From contig MNCI01001005.1 of assembly GCA_015680685.1 (NCBI GenBank), positions 203,438 to 267,437 on the forward strand: a stretch of 64,000 nucleotides of DNA, given 5' to 3'. Numbering within the stretch: position 1 is the first letter of the stretch; every line of letters begins with the position of its first letter. The position numbers were made by a program, and so were the translations under genes. This document shows, piece after piece, positions 21,151 to 35,286 of this stretch. Source of the DNA: Gnetum montanum. Lineage: Eukaryota; Plantae; Gnetophyta. Under the pieces are notes generated by a model. The model was not told the origin of the DNA. It ran no database searches and saw only the letters and a list, made by a program, of their open reading frames with translations.

Positions 21151-21490
21151 CCATGCTAATGTAGGTAATAAATAACAGGTAGGAAATAACATGTAATAAA
21201 CCTATTCCATGCATTGCAAGGTTTATCCACAAAGCTCGTCTTTATTGCCATACACAACTTGCGTTCAAGTACAAACTACTCGAATAAAGATCCGTTCACT
21301 TGGGGACTCCTATTGCGGGCACATGGAAAATATTCTATCTCTGGAGTGATCAAATTGCTAGAGTTTCCCTACTTTAAGCCTAGGATGAGAAATGAGGAGA
21401 GTGCCACCTCTTATTTATAGATTTGACAGTGGACCGCGATATCGCGTATGCGATATCGTGGCCTATGCGATATCACGTCTCATCACTTTC

Positions 21491-24000
21491 TTTGTAGAAA
21501 TGATAAATTGAATCGTACCTATGGATAACCTTTTAACTTCTAAACTAGTTGAATTTAATGTTAAAAACATAAAGTAGAATAGATACTAAAGTATCATAAG
21601 GAAAATGCTAAGTCAAATGTAGAATGAGTTGGGTTTGAATGATAGATAAGAGAGATAATTATTGGAGAGGTTTATATAATTAATAAGATAGTATTGAAAA
21701 TTGACTTGGTAGTAATGAAAATTCATAATGATAAAGAATCACTATTTCCCTAGGTTTCCATCCAATCTTCTTTAACTTCTTGAGAAATAGTACTAGATTC
21801 AAGGTTTTTTAGTCTCCTTTTAATAAAAATGAGATTTTCATGTAAAAATATTGAAACTAAACCTTACAAATAAAAGGAAATTTTAAAATGATGCTCAGTG
21901 ATCTTATATTAGATTAGATTATATCCAATACAAGTACAAGCATGTAAAAGATATAGAGATTAGGGTACAATGATACAATGGAATGTTTCTATTTGACTCT
22001 CTTTCTTGCACTTTTAAAATTTTCCCAGAAGCTTACTTTGATCTTTCTTATTAATCGTGAAATACTAGTCCTTATTCAATGATCCATCTCCACTTGAACA
22101 ACAATAGATAAATGATCTATGATGTTCATGAAGAAATGTTCCATCCCTAAATATAAATGGTTAAGCTCAAATCTTAATGTGTTGTTTGTATCATAAATTT
22201 TGAGGGTTGTTTTTGCCTTTTTATTTTTATTTTTTTGTTATTATTCCCCTAATACATCATCCTAACTAGGATAAATTACCCTATATACTTGTTTAGTCAA
22301 CCTATGCTTGGGCTAATTAATCTTATGTTGAAATCTAAAAAGACTATAAACTCTAACTTTGGTCTTCTTACTTGATCTTAGGTTTTTAGAACTCTGCATC
22401 TAACAATAATAACCTATATTAAATAGGTCAGCCTATGGAAAGGTTGTTCAATCTTAAAAATATGCATTTTGGTCTAGCTACAACTATACTGAACTCAGGT
22501 TGGTTGATCTTTGAAGGGGTCAGTTAACCTTAGGGATAAATAGATAAACCTTAGAAGTGCTGCTTTTCCTTATTTCTAAACTTCTCTATCATTCAAATAG
22601 GTCAACCTAATAAATAATAATTTTAACATAAATTACATTTTATCATTTTAAGTTACCATTCCATTAACAATCATCCCTAATGAGATGAAGAAATTGGAAT
22701 TGGAAAAATGAATTATTACCATTGGATTATCCTTTCTCTTCATAATTATTCTTCAAAGGATCTTTTTAAGGGATTTCCTTCTTGCCCATTCAGTGAGGGG
22801 TCTTCTCAACATCATTAATCATCCTATCCTTGAAGGTCTTACATAGTTGTTCCTCCTCTTCAATTGAACTATCATGAAGTTCTTATATTGAATGATACTT
22901 GTACTACTTTCTATTTCTTTCCAATCCTATAAAATAGTAAATCATCTAAAAGATACATATTTGTTAGAGTCTCCATGATACCTTCATGTATAGCTTAATT
23001 TGATTCCTTGCAAGATTATTCAATTACATTTTTTCACCTTTCTTTCCTATCATGGTGGCAAGCTAGGACCAATAGTAGTTGAGAATGATTCATCACATTC
23101 TCAAACAAAACATGTACAATCTTTTACTTTTCAAATTAATTCATGCTAAAGGTTCTTATACCTTCCACATAGTCTACCATTTAACTTATAAGTTAAAATC
23201 TGCATATAGATACTAAGAAAAATATACACATATTGAAACTAAAATGCAAGAATTGGAATGTATAAGAAAACTATTTATTTAGTATGCATCTTTCCTAATA
23301 ATGGCACTAATGATAGGGGCTCCCTTCAAGTGAGACCAAAATAACTATATTAATTGGTACACTTGGTGAACTAGTCATTACCGTTAAGAAGAAACAAAAG
23401 TGAATTATAGAGTTTATTTGTGTATCATTTCAAAAGCTTAAAAAAATATTATAATACATATCATACAAAAATAAATCATGTTACCATAGTGAGAAATTAA
23501 AATATTTGTAATGTTTATATATATGTTACATTAAGAATAAAATAACAAATAAACATACATATTGCAATCCCTTATGGAATTGCTACAATGCTCACATGTC
23601 TAATGCAATTAAAGGCATTCTAACATTGTAATTCCTTACGGAATAGGTGCAATGCAAACACACATGAAAAATAAATAAATGACTTCTAAATTACATTCTT
23701 GATGATCAAACATCATGTTATAGAAATACAATATTCTTGTATAAGGTAGAATCATTGTAGCTTTATAAAAATACTTAATTAATTCATATCTAATTACTTA
23801 AATAAATAATAATAATTTTAGAGAATTTAGTAACTAATAATAGTTCATGGAGCTCATATTTCTAGTATTTTTTTCATACATGTTAATATTCTAGAGGAAA
23901 ATGGAAAATCATGAGCTTTATTCACTACACTAACACTCAACTCCACATTGACTAAACAGTTTTAGGATATGAAAACAGGATAGCACGACAACAAAGTCTT
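21491..24000 (-). mobile_element. Highly decayed LTR-element remnant
   Basis: Decayed PBS/LTR-like junction TTTCCTAATAATGGCACTAA|TGATAGGGG near 23290-23320. No clear protein motifs. Confidence 0.3.
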
Positions 24001-24379
24001 ATTGTATAATGAATCATCAACTCAAAATAGATGAAAAAAATAAAGATAATGCTTTCTTTCCGAATGGATAAAAATATTTAATGAGAAATTCTCAAGAAGA
24101 ACTTGTAAAATTAATGTCTCATTTTAGGCTCTATGGTTAGTTATTTATGGTTTTTTAGGTTTGTAACTCAAGTAGTGTAGTGTCATACTAGGTGTTTCAA
24201 TGCTAAGTTATGATTAAGTTGGGAAATATAAGATATCTTAAGAGATTTTACCTTTCATAAAATTCATATTTTATATGTTTTCTTACTTATCAAGGTATTA
24301 CTATTGGCATCCATTTTAAACACATAAGAATTGTTTCTCCTCAATGTCCTCTCTACGAAGGTAAAGATTCATTTTTTCA

Positions 24380-25040
24380 AGTTTTTTTTTTTTGTCCTAT
24401 TACTCAGCATCCTTGGAAATGAACATCCAAAATTTATAATAACTTTCAACCAAGCATAAAGAAAGTCATTATTGGTGATCAACCTACTTTGTCTACTTTA
24501 TTTCTTTGGATTTGAAAGTATCTTAGATCATTTGTTTTTTGCTCTATTTGGAAGCTTGGGTATGCAATTATTTTCTAGAAATAAGAGCATAACTATGAAC
24601 TATCAATAGAAGTTAAATATTAGATTCTTAAAGATTTTACTTTTCAGCTATAGCTTCAAGAAAAAAGCTTGCAATGAAAGCTCATCAATTAATTTATTTT
24701 ATATAGCATTAATTTCTTTTTATTTCGGAGGCTAGAGAATGAGAAGCATTTAGTTCCTATGCTATTTTTTCATTATTTCTAATTCATATATTCTTTTATC
24801 TTTAGAGAGTATTTTCTTCTTTTTTTACAAGAAATCTTTTAGTATGAAGTGAAAACCCATGATGGTGCTTCTAAATAAGGAAAAAACCTAATCCTTTTCT
24901 AATCCAAACAAGAGGTTTTTCTAGATTGGTTGTAAGGATGAATGCATAAAAATGCATTCTAAAAATCATTATGCTTTTCCTTTAGAATTTTCATATATTA
25001 ATCCTAGGTACTCTAAATTTTTTTTAATATTATTATTCAT
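24380..25040 (+). repeat. Dispersed ~650-bp repeat (partner 56598-57245)
   Basis: Colinear blocks, e.g. AATTTATAATAACTTTCAAC, CTCTATTTGGAAGCTT, GAGGTTTTTC...ATTGGTTGTAAGGATGAA. Confidence 0.8.
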
Positions 25041-25749
25041 TGTATGAGATTCAACATCTTCTTCCCTCCCATCTCAAAATATAAGATTAAATAATTATTA
25101 TGTGCATCATATGAGAGGTTTAAAATCATAATATAATAAATAATTGTACTTTTCAAATATTTTTAGGCAAGGTTCTTTTTATAATAGGGTATTACCCTAG
25201 TGGTAAGACACTTCATATGGAATCCTCAATTCATTGGTTTGATTTTAGTGAATAATTCTAATTTATAGAGTACTAATTGAACTATATATCTTGGGATATA
25301 TTTATGTTTCAATTATTTTTGATTCTAACACCCCTTCTCTTAATTTAATACCTCCAAGTTATAGATTCAATTTTGATGATTAATATTGATTTGTAAAGTT
25401 CTAATTTCACTATATGTTGTAGGGATAGATATTAATATATTTATGACATATGTCTATTATTTTATCAAAACAATATTTTATATTTTTTAAATTAATAAAA
25501 TCTCAAATTATTTCACTTAGAATTAATTTTTAACATTAAAAAAATAAAAACCAATGTAGGTTATCTCAACTAGAATAAAACTTTTATGAAAAAGATTTCT
25601 CTTAGCCAAACATCATGATGATAACTATTTATTTATGTTGATAATGCCCAACTAGCTAGTAAGTGGCACTCATTGTTATGATGATAAAATTATTAAAATA
25701 TTATACCATGAATGAATAGAACTCTCTTGGATGGGGTTGGTAGTTGACC

Positions 25750-26852
25750 GTTCAGCCAAAATTTAAAAAAACATTTCAAGTTCTAACACCCCCCTTCTAA
25801 AAATAAAAACTAAAAAATAAGGTGTTAGCCTAATAGTAAGACTCTTGATTTGGAAGCTGCAAGTTATGAGTTCAAATATGGTGGATAATGAAATATAATA
25901 AATTTTATTTAACTATATATCTTAGCATCAAATATTCTTTTTAAAAAATCCAAGGTTTAAAATCTCTCCACTACTCTTCCCTAAGCCTAAAACTACAAAC
26001 TAGTTCACTAATTGGTTTATTAGATAATAAGTTCATTCTTTGTAATAATCTTGTATGTAAAATGAATGTGCAAAAAATATTTAGCATGAAAAACAATAAT
26101 TCCATAATATTCAAGGGTAGTCTAAATTACCAATGTAAAACCCTTATTTGGACAAAAAATGGCAATAATCTATAGAAATATATATCAAGAAGTAATATCA
26201 TTTGACAGAGATTTATATAAATCATCAAGTAAAAAAAATCAAAATTATCAGAATCCTTTATAGTCTCTATAGTATAAGAGACATTAGTATTTTCCATATT
26301 TANGTTCAGCCAAAATTTAAAAAAACATTTCAAGTTCTAACACCCCCCTTCTAAAAATAAAAACTAAAAAATAAGGTGTTAGCCTAATAGTAAGACTCTT
26401 GATTTGGAAGCGGCAAGTTATGAGTTCAAATATGGTGGATAATGCAATATAATAAATTTTATTTAACTATATATCTTAGCATCAAATATTCTTTTTAAAA
26501 AATCCAAGGTTTAAAATCTCTCCACTACTCTTCCCTAAGCCTAAAACTACAAACTAGTTCACTAATTGGTTTATTAGATAATAAGTTCATTCTTTGTAAT
26601 AATCTTGTATGTAAAATGAATGTGCAAAAAATATTTAGCATGAAAAACAATAATTCCATAATATTCAAGGGTAGTCTAAATTACCAATGTAAAACCCTTA
26701 TTTGGACAAAAAATGGAATAATCTATAGAAATATATATCAAGAAGTAATATCATTTGACAGAGATTTATATAAATCATCAAGTAAAAAAAATCAAAATTA
26801 TCAGAATCATTTATAGTCTCTATAGTATAAGAGACATTAGTATTGTCCATAT
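25750..26852 (+). repeat. Near-identical 554-bp tandem duplication across an N (probable assembly overlap)
   Basis: 25750-26302 repeats from 26304, immediately after the single N at 26303. Confidence 0.85.
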
Positions 26853-27103
26853 TTAAATCATTCCTACCACACCCTCTCCTCCACCCCCAAAAAAATTTAA
26901 GTTCTAACCTCCTGCAAATAATAGAAACCACATCTTAAAATAATAATAAGTAGATTCTAATGAAGTAATATGATAACTATAATAAAATAATGAGATGATA
27001 GCATAGCACTAAGACTCTTGATTTTTAAGCTCCAAGTTATGGGTTCAATTTTGGTGGGCAATGCTAAGTTATAAAGTTCTAATTAGGCTATATATCTTTG
27101 GGT

Positions 27104-28543
27104 GTACTAGATAAAATTTCTATAAAAGCTTGAAAAGCATTAGGAGATACATGAGCTTCTTAGCTAATATAATTATTTAAGAATATTTAGAGGATGGAGA
27201 AATGTCCAACAATTGGAAAGAAACATTATTTTTCCATTTACAAAAATAAAAGAGATGTACAAGATTTTGTAAACTATAGAGGAATCATGCTAATGAGCCA
27301 TACTATGAAGCTTTAGAAGAGAGTCATAGAACAATGTCTTAGACTTGAATCATTAGCATCAAAAAAGTAATTTGGGGTTTTATTAGGAGAATCTACAATA
27401 GAGGTTATTTTCTTGATATGAAAATTGATGAAAAAATTTAGAGAACATAGAAAAAATCTACATGGGATCTTTATTGACTTGGAAAAGCATATAACAGAGT
27501 TCCTAGAGATATTATTTGGTGGTTCTTATAGAGGAAAAACATTGTTAATAAGTATATGAAAGTAATTCAAGACATGTATGAATGAGCTACTACTAAAATT
27601 AGAATAGCTTGTCAAATAACATCTAATTTTCCAATCATAGTATATCTACATCAAAGATATATGCTTAGCCCATAATTATTTACCATTATTATGAATGAAT
27701 TAATAAAAAAAATACAAGATGAAATGCTTTGAAATATGCTATTTTCTAATGATATTTTGTTGGTGGATGTAGTTGGAGAAAATATTACTTCTAAAATGAA
27801 AAAGTGCAGATAAGCTCTAGAATCAAAAGACTTAAAAATTAGCATAAGTAAGACATCATCTATGGAATGCAATTTTAGTAATAGCATAAATAATAGTAAA
27901 ATAAAAGAGATAATTCAAGGTCAAAAATTCTATCACTACAAATACTTCTATTACCTAGTATCAATCCTCCAATTAGATGACGAAATTGAGAAATATATAA
28001 GAAATAGAATTGAGCAAAGATAGTTAAAATGGAAAAATAATAGTGATATTCTATATTATAGAAGAATACTAATAAAAATAAGGGGAAAGTTTTACAATAT
28101 ATTAATTTGACCTATTTTCTTATATGATACTAAAGTTTAAGCATTATAAGACATGAACAATAAAATAGTATGATAGAAATGTAAATACTTAGATAGATAT
28201 TGAATGTTACAAAAAGAGATAAATTGCATAATATAAATATTAGAGGAAGACTTGCATTGGTTCTATTTTAGATAAGTTACAAAAATGATCACTTAGATGG
28301 TTTTGACATGTGCAAAGAAGATCAGATAATGAGGCTATTAAAAAGGGTTGCTACATCACTTTTCTAAGAAAGCTAAAGAAAAGAAGATCAAAAAAGATAT
28401 GGAAAAAAATAATTAAAGATTAAAGAAACTATAAATAAACAAAGATCAAGCTCTTCATAGAGGTAAATGGTAAACAATAAACTTATGTAACTAATCCTAT
28501 TTTATTAGAACAAGGCTAGGAGAATAATGATGAGCTTGATGAT
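27104..28543 (+). mobile_element. 5'-truncated, decayed RTE-clade LINE
   Basis: YKNKRDVQDFVNYRGIMLMSHTMKL, IFIDLEK, MLFSNDILLV (FADD), RLRWF-like motifs; (GAT)n-like tail. Inserted in a tRNA-like repeat with decayed TSD TCTT(T/A)(G/A)G(G/A)TGTA. Confidence 0.9.
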
Positions 28544-28929
28544 CTTAAGATGTATCTATATTACAATAAGTTTAGGGTTCTAACCCCTTCCCCTTGATAA
28601 TAAAATAATGAGATGTCGGCCTAGTAATAAGACACTTAATTGGAGATTTTCAAGTTATGGGTTCGATACTAGTGGGTAATACTAAGTTATAAATTTTTAA
28701 TTTGACTATATATCTTGGGGGTGTATTTATGTTTTAATTATTTTTGGTTTCAAGATGACAATGTCTTCCTTTAGCGATGGAAATTGGAGTTGATTATCAC
28801 ACTATGGCGCAAGACCTCATCTAATTCTAGAAAAATGTTAACATTGGCATTTCCCATGTTCAACCTTTTGACTCACCATTGATATCAACATTAAAGATGT
28901 CACTTTTTAGTAGGAAAGTGGAGCTTGCA

Positions 28930-30240
28930 TGGAACACCTCACTAACTAGGCTTACACTAGAAAGGCATTACTTAGATAAAAGTTAAAAACTATAAAAAAT
29001 ATATATAATAAAATTAAATGGATGCCAAAAAAAATTAAATAGACAAAGAAGAAGACATTAGTGAAATAGATGCATACAAGAAAATGCTAAAAAATATAAA
29101 ATTATATAAAAGAATATAAAGATAATAGTCCTATGTGTACAAAACCTAGCTTGTGTAGTAAGAAAAATAGGACGTGGACGTATCCTTATTGGTTAAGCCA
29201 AAAATTATAATATAGTGTTAGAAATATTATAGTGGAAATTAGATAAAAATAATACATTATAATGTAAAAATAACAATTACATCAAAGAGGGCATTAGAAT
29301 CTAACGTTGTTAATTATTAGCCAATTTTCAATAACTATATAATAATAAATGTAACATAATTAAAGATCAAATAAAAATTTCCCTATACCAGAGATAGGAA
29401 AACAATTAGTAGACAATATTAAATAAAGTACCAAATCCATTAATCCTAGTTGAACATTATAGCATATAATCCAAACACAGATAAAAATATAAAGCTAGAA
29501 ACAATAAAAGGCTAAATAGAAATTTAATAATTAGCTACCTTTTCTAAATCCCCCTTATCACAACTTAATCCCTTAAAAATCATGGATATGAAGAAAATAA
29601 AGTATAACATTGAGTAGGGTAAACAACTAATAAAATATTTACTTATGGATTTGGTTGGAGACATTTTGTAATTGGACAATCATGCATATGGAATAGCTAC
29701 AAATATAAGTTAGCCAAATAAATACCAATAAAATATATATAGATAACAAATAATAATAATAATAAATATCTAAAAGATAATTATGTAATGAACTAAAATT
29801 ACACCACCTATAATTAAATAAATGAATCAAATGAACAATTTGTAGTTATCAAGATATGCTTCCCACATAAATACTCAGCTTACCATTGTGATATGCTTCA
29901 CATGTAGTTATGACAAATTAGCTAACACTCATCATGATTTTATTTATGCATAATTTTCTAGCTCACTACGATGATATGTTTCACATATAGTCATTAAAAA
30001 TTGTTAATGTTGCTAACAACCTAAATATAAAGCTGAATGATCAAATGTCAAATCTAAATAAACAAACAAATCCTTAGTTGATAGAGAAATGAATCTAAAT
30101 GCTAAGTAAAGTTAAAGCGATCAAAGATCAAGAATTGAATTATCAAATCTCTAAGGATTAAACTTAGCTACTACTAAAATGTGTGTTCTAATGGAGATCT
30201 AAAATTGTAGAAAAATACCAAAATGAAATGTAAGCTACTA
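28930..30240. mobile_element. Partial LTR of the Tekay-like family (homologous to 53744-54960)
   Basis: Starts TGGAACACCTCACTAAC versus TGTAATACCCTACTAAC; shared CATTACTTAGATAAAA, GCCAATTTTCAATAACTA, ATGCTTCCCACATAA. Confidence 0.75.
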
Positions 30241-31544
30241 AAAATGATAGAATAATATTAGTTACTATTTTAGGTTTTTAAGTAGTTAGGAAACTCCTAC
30301 AAGATATGCTTTTTGTAATTTTTGTAATTTTATATTTCTTAGAGTTCAAGGCTCACTTTATAAAATTTTCTCAACATTTTTAATATGTTCAAAAATACTA
30401 ATGTCATCTTTTATGACCAAGGTTGCAACCTCATAATAGGGTCATGACAGATTAAAAAGGTATCCTCAAGATACATTTTGATATGCTAGTTAACTATGTA
30501 TTCTAGGCTAATATTGTCTAGTGTCATTTTATGGGTCATAAATGTAATAAATAGCTTGAAAACCTATTTTTGTAGCTAAATTTTGAAAAAATTCAAAACA
30601 AAGATAAAACATGATCAAAAGTTATCAAAATGTTATCAAACTTAGCCAAAATGTTGACAAACGTTCCATGCATGATAACAAATCTAAAAAATTAGCAAGA
30701 TTATAGAAAATAATTTAAAAAATTTAGATATAAGAATTACAACAACTTAACAAATAGTTACTAAGCAAATGAAATCAACAAAAACATGTGTGCATGAGAA
30801 ACAAATTACAAAAATCCATAACTAGAAGAAAATACCAAAATTAGTACACCTAAAAATGATAGTGCTAGAAGAAAAGGATCCTTCCATAACTTCAATCTCA
30901 CAAACAAGCATAAAATGCTAAGTACTTTTACATATCACCACTACCTAGGTGCATCTAATACTTACCTCAAGTAAGCCTCACCTTGTGCATAAACCTCAAT
31001 GACCCAAAGCTATTAACAAAGAATGCAAAGTCTACTAGAGGTAGATTTTTAATCATTTTCTAACATCAAGAATCTGAAGTATAGGTTTTGGGCTCCATGA
31101 GAACATTTGGGACATGTAAGAAACATCTTTGTTGGGAGGTGAGTCTTTACAAGAGATTTCTCACATGTGTATGAGATGTTTTAAATGAAAGAAAACATCT
31201 TATCTTGCTTGGAGATTTCCTAGTTTTTATGATACTTCTCAAGGAAGACATCTCATACCAAGAAAACACATCTCACACCTAAATGAGATGTCTCCCACTT
31301 TCAAGAGATGTCTCACTTGAATTATGGAATTTCATTGAAGATATCTAAAAAAGGGCCAAAGACAACTTGTACAGTGGGGGGAACTTTTGAATTGTCAATT
31401 CGAAAGTAGAAAACATCCAAGTTAGAGGAGAAAAAGATGAAAACAACCAAATATCTTTAAGTTGAGCTTGAGGATATGTTTTTAGGTTTATTATCTATAA
31501 TTTTCAATAAATATTATTATTATTAAATAATTTATGTCATCATT

Positions 31545-34500
31545 TGGTGTATGGACACCTCTTCCAATTCCCTTACTCTACCCTACATACTATGTGTAGT
31601 TTTGTGATGATTTTGTTGAGGATGATTCTTGGATGTTTTGACATGTTTGGAGGTGTTTTTAGCTCATTTTGATGAGTTTAGGAGGTTCTTAGATCCATGG
31701 TAATGTTTTGGGAGCATCCAGAGGCTCTTGACATCAAAATGAGCACTTGTATTTTTGGCACCTTCAGAAGAGATGTCTTCCTAGAAAGATAGATGTCCTT
31801 TTAAAGACATCTCCCCTTTAGGGAAGACATCTACCAAAAATAGTAGATGTATCTCCCGAGAGTAGGGCTTCCATAGGAGACATCTACATGAAGCCAAAGA
31901 TGACCTCCACACATGAAGAAACTTCCAAAAACACCTATTACAATTTGGGAAATATCCAAAGCAAGATGAAAATAGTCGAGGAAAAGTTGAGAAGACTTGG
32001 AAAACATCTAAAGAACCTCAAGTTAAGTTGAGGAAATATTTCTAGGATTTTTACCTTTTGGTTGCTTATAAATATTGATATAATTAATCATTTTTAGTGT
32101 CATAGTGCCAAGTGTCGCAATGCAAAGTGCCAAAGTGCTAAGGATTGAAGTGCAAATGGTGAAGGCCAAACATCCCAATAAAGAGCAAAAGAGAAAGCTC
32201 TTGAGGAAAGAGAGCTTGTGCAACTAAGTTGAGTAAGAGGAAAGGAAGAGCACTCAAGAGATATTATAAGTATCTCTTATAAGTTTCTTGTCTTGATTTT
32301 TGGCTCAATGGTGAGTAATTTAGGATTAAAAGAGAACAAGTGTGGCCTCTAAGATCCTTGGGAGAGTTGTGAGTTGAGCTTGGCTCCTCATATTTGATGT
32401 ATTTTCTATGTATTTTGAGAATTATCTTAACATAAGGGATATTTTCTCCATTTTATTGTGTTATTCTTATTTTCTAAGCTAGATCATCTTGGAAGTTATG
32501 GATTGGATTCTATTGGGATCTGTCAAGATGCAACCCCCCTACACTAGATTGGTATCAAAGCTTAGAGGTTTCCACACTTATATGTTGAAACTTGGTGTTT
32601 TCTTTGAATGAAATGAGCATTGTTATGGATATTTTCTTTTGGATATCATTCTTGTTGATTTAGGTATGGCTTCAACGAATAAGATATATTAAGAGCTTAG
32701 ATAAGAGCTTTAAGAGTTTAAGAACTTCTTTAAAGCTTTTGTGATAGAAATGAAAGAATTTATTTCCAAAGTAAAGGTCCACAAGCACTAAGATTTTATA
32801 GAAACTTCAAAAAGGGATATTAAAAAATTTAAGACTAACATGGAAGATATTTTGAGGAGAATTAATAAAATATCTTCTAGCTATCAATAACAAAGGGAAG
32901 ATGATGAATCTGATGAAGTAGAGATCAATGAGAAAGGGAGTTCCCAAGTATCTCTTATTGAACAAGAGAGTGTTCAATACTCAAAGGTTTCAAGGGAGGA
33001 AACCAAAAGCTTCATAAAAGAGACCAAGAGATCTTTAAAATCCAAGATGATGTATGCTACTAATCAAGGAGAGTTCCTACCTCATGAGTCATATGAGGTG
33101 AAGGATCAAAGTCAAGAAAGTGGCAAAGATCAAGTGACTTCTTCAAGGAGGATCAAGGGTAGCACTAAAAGGTATGATACTCATTTTTTATGTAATTCTT
33201 ATATACCTTTTGGTAAGGAAAAGAAGGTTCTAAGTCAAGTTGAGACTATCTCATGGGAGAGAGATGAGTCTTCTAGCCAACGTATGTGGAAGAATGATTA
33301 CTTTGATGATGTTTTTTTTTCTTGTTGAACATGATGTTAAGGCCATGAAGGAGAGTTTACATTTTGACTTGGTACCTCCAAATTGGGATGAAGAGCTTGT
33401 TGATGATTCCTTTGAAGAGGAGAATCCATTTGAATTATGAATTCCTATTTGGGATCATGAATGATCAATCTTCGATGAGATTGAACAGCCACATGTTGAA
33501 GATCAAGTTGAACGAAAGATGTATAGGAGAATCCATGAATAGGTAAGGATGAGCTTTATCTTGTTGATGGTAGTAATGTCTCTCATGTTGAAGCTAGTGT
33601 GATGGATGCTAGTTTTTCACTTTAGCTTGGTAGTGGTTTTTTCAATGGTAATGATGAGCATCATGATCATTGTGGTGATTGTGATAATATTGAGAATCAT
33701 ATTGTGATTTTTGATGCCATTTTTAGTAAGAGGTAGACCAATAATGGTAAATTATTTGATGATAATTCCTATTGGAATAGTCATTATGAGAAGGTCATTG
33801 TTGATGTAAGTGAAGATATTGATAATGATATGATTTTCCATAGTTCCAAAATGTTTTCTATTGATTATATCAATGATACATTTGTGATGTATGTTGATGG
33901 ATTTGATTGTATTAGCTATAAAATGAAAGTGTAGCATGAAGGAAATCTACATCGTGATGATGAAAGGAAGCTAAGTGGTAGTCTTCCAAACACCAAGAAG
34001 GAGAAGGTGAAGAAGAGGAAAAAGGATCAAAGAAAGAATGCTGGATTAAGAAATCCTAATATTTTTTCTTTTTCTTATTCTTTATTTTTTACAAGTTTGA
34101 GTCATCATGGAGATGCAAGGAAAGCATTCCAAGGAGATTATCAAATGAAGGGAGCAAGCTAGGGCATGAGGACATGCCCCCATGAGAAAGGAAAGCTTAA
34201 AACAAAAACCTCTAATGATATTTATTCTCATGTTTGTAATGCATTAAGTCATGATTATTGTGATGCCCTTAAGTTATGGGGGCATGGTTCCCTCTAGCTT
34301 ATGAAAGTTCATGAAGCATGACATTTTTAAGGGTGGGAGAGCTAGTGTAGGGACACCTCTTCTGATTCCCTTACACTACCCTACATACAATGTGTCCTTT
34401 TTTGATGATGTTGTTGAGGATGATTCTTAGATATTTTGACATGTTTGAAGGTGTTTTTGGATTATTTTGATGAGTTTAGGAGGTTTTAGGATCTATGGGG

Positions 34501-35286
34501 ACTTTTTGGAATGCATCCAAAGGCTCCTAGCATCAAAATGAACACTTTTATTTTTGGCACCTTCAAAAGAGACATCTTTTCAAAGACATCCCAAAAATAG
34601 TAGACATCTCTCCTAAGAGCATGGCTTCCATAGGAGACATCTACATGAAGATAGAGATGACCCAAATGCATTGAGAAACTTCTAAAAATTCCTATTCCAA
34701 TTTGAAAAATAGCCAATGCACGATGAAAAAAACCAAGGAGAAGGTGAGAAGCCTTAGGAAACATCTAAAGAAGCTCAAGCTAAGTTGAGAAAAGGCTTCT
34801 AGGGTTTTTACCTTCCAATTTCCTATAAATATTAATGTAACTCATCATGGTTAGTTCCATAGTGTCATGTCAAAGTGCCAAAAGCTAAAGTGCAAATGCT
34901 AAAGGCAAAACATCCCAATAGAAAGTAAGAAAGAGATCTCTTAAGGGAAGAGAGCTTGTGTAATGAAGTTGAGTGAGAGGCATGGAAGAGCACTCAAGAG
35001 AGATTAGAAGAATCTCTTATAAGTGTCTTTTCTTGAGTTTGGTCTTCATTGTGAGTAATTAAGGATTAAGAGAGGACAAGTGTGGCCTCTAGGATCTTTG
35101 GGAGAGTTATGAGTTCAACTTGGCTCCTTATCTTTGATGTATGTTCTATGTATTTTGAGAATTATCTAAATACAAGGGATATTTTCTACATTTTATTATG
35201 TTATTCTTATTTTCTAAGCTATATTTTCTTGGAAATCATGGATTGGATCCTACGAGGATCTCTCAAGATGCAACTTCCCTGCACCA
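31545..35286 (+). mobile_element. Non-autonomous LTR element (LARD-like), TSD TCATT
   Basis: LTRs 31545-32546 and 34343-35286. PBS TGGTATCAAAGC 32550-32561. PPT AAGGGTGGGAGAG. TSD 31540-31544 and 35287-35291. Internal decayed acidic/coiled-coil ORF with no gag-pol motifs. Confidence 0.9.

Larger units (their letters stand above)
14000..21485 (-). mobile_element. Complete non-autonomous Athila-like LTR element (gag + protease only), TSD CTTTC
   Basis: LTRs 14000-15049 and 20454-21485. TSD at 13995-13999 and 21486-21490. PBS TGGCACCGTTGCCAGGGA. Protease ALLDSGSGVNLI. RT/RH/IN absent. Confidence 0.93.
25188..28750 (+). repeat. Cluster of degenerate tRNA-derived (SINE-like) repeats
   Basis: Heads near 25189, 25820, 26374, 26992, 28611 with A-box-like TAGCCTAGTGG and B-box-like GGTTCGAT, plus a shared tail CTATATATCTTGGG...TTCTAACACCCC. 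Further copies near 55810 (+) and 59143-59215 (-). Confidence 0.65.

Noticed and set aside
25750-26852. Recent tandem duplication
   Set aside because: The second copy starts right after an N and is nearly identical; likely an unmerged contig overlap.
25189-28682. Functional tRNA genes
   Set aside because: Stems are broken and copies share downstream repeat sequence; tRNA-derived only.
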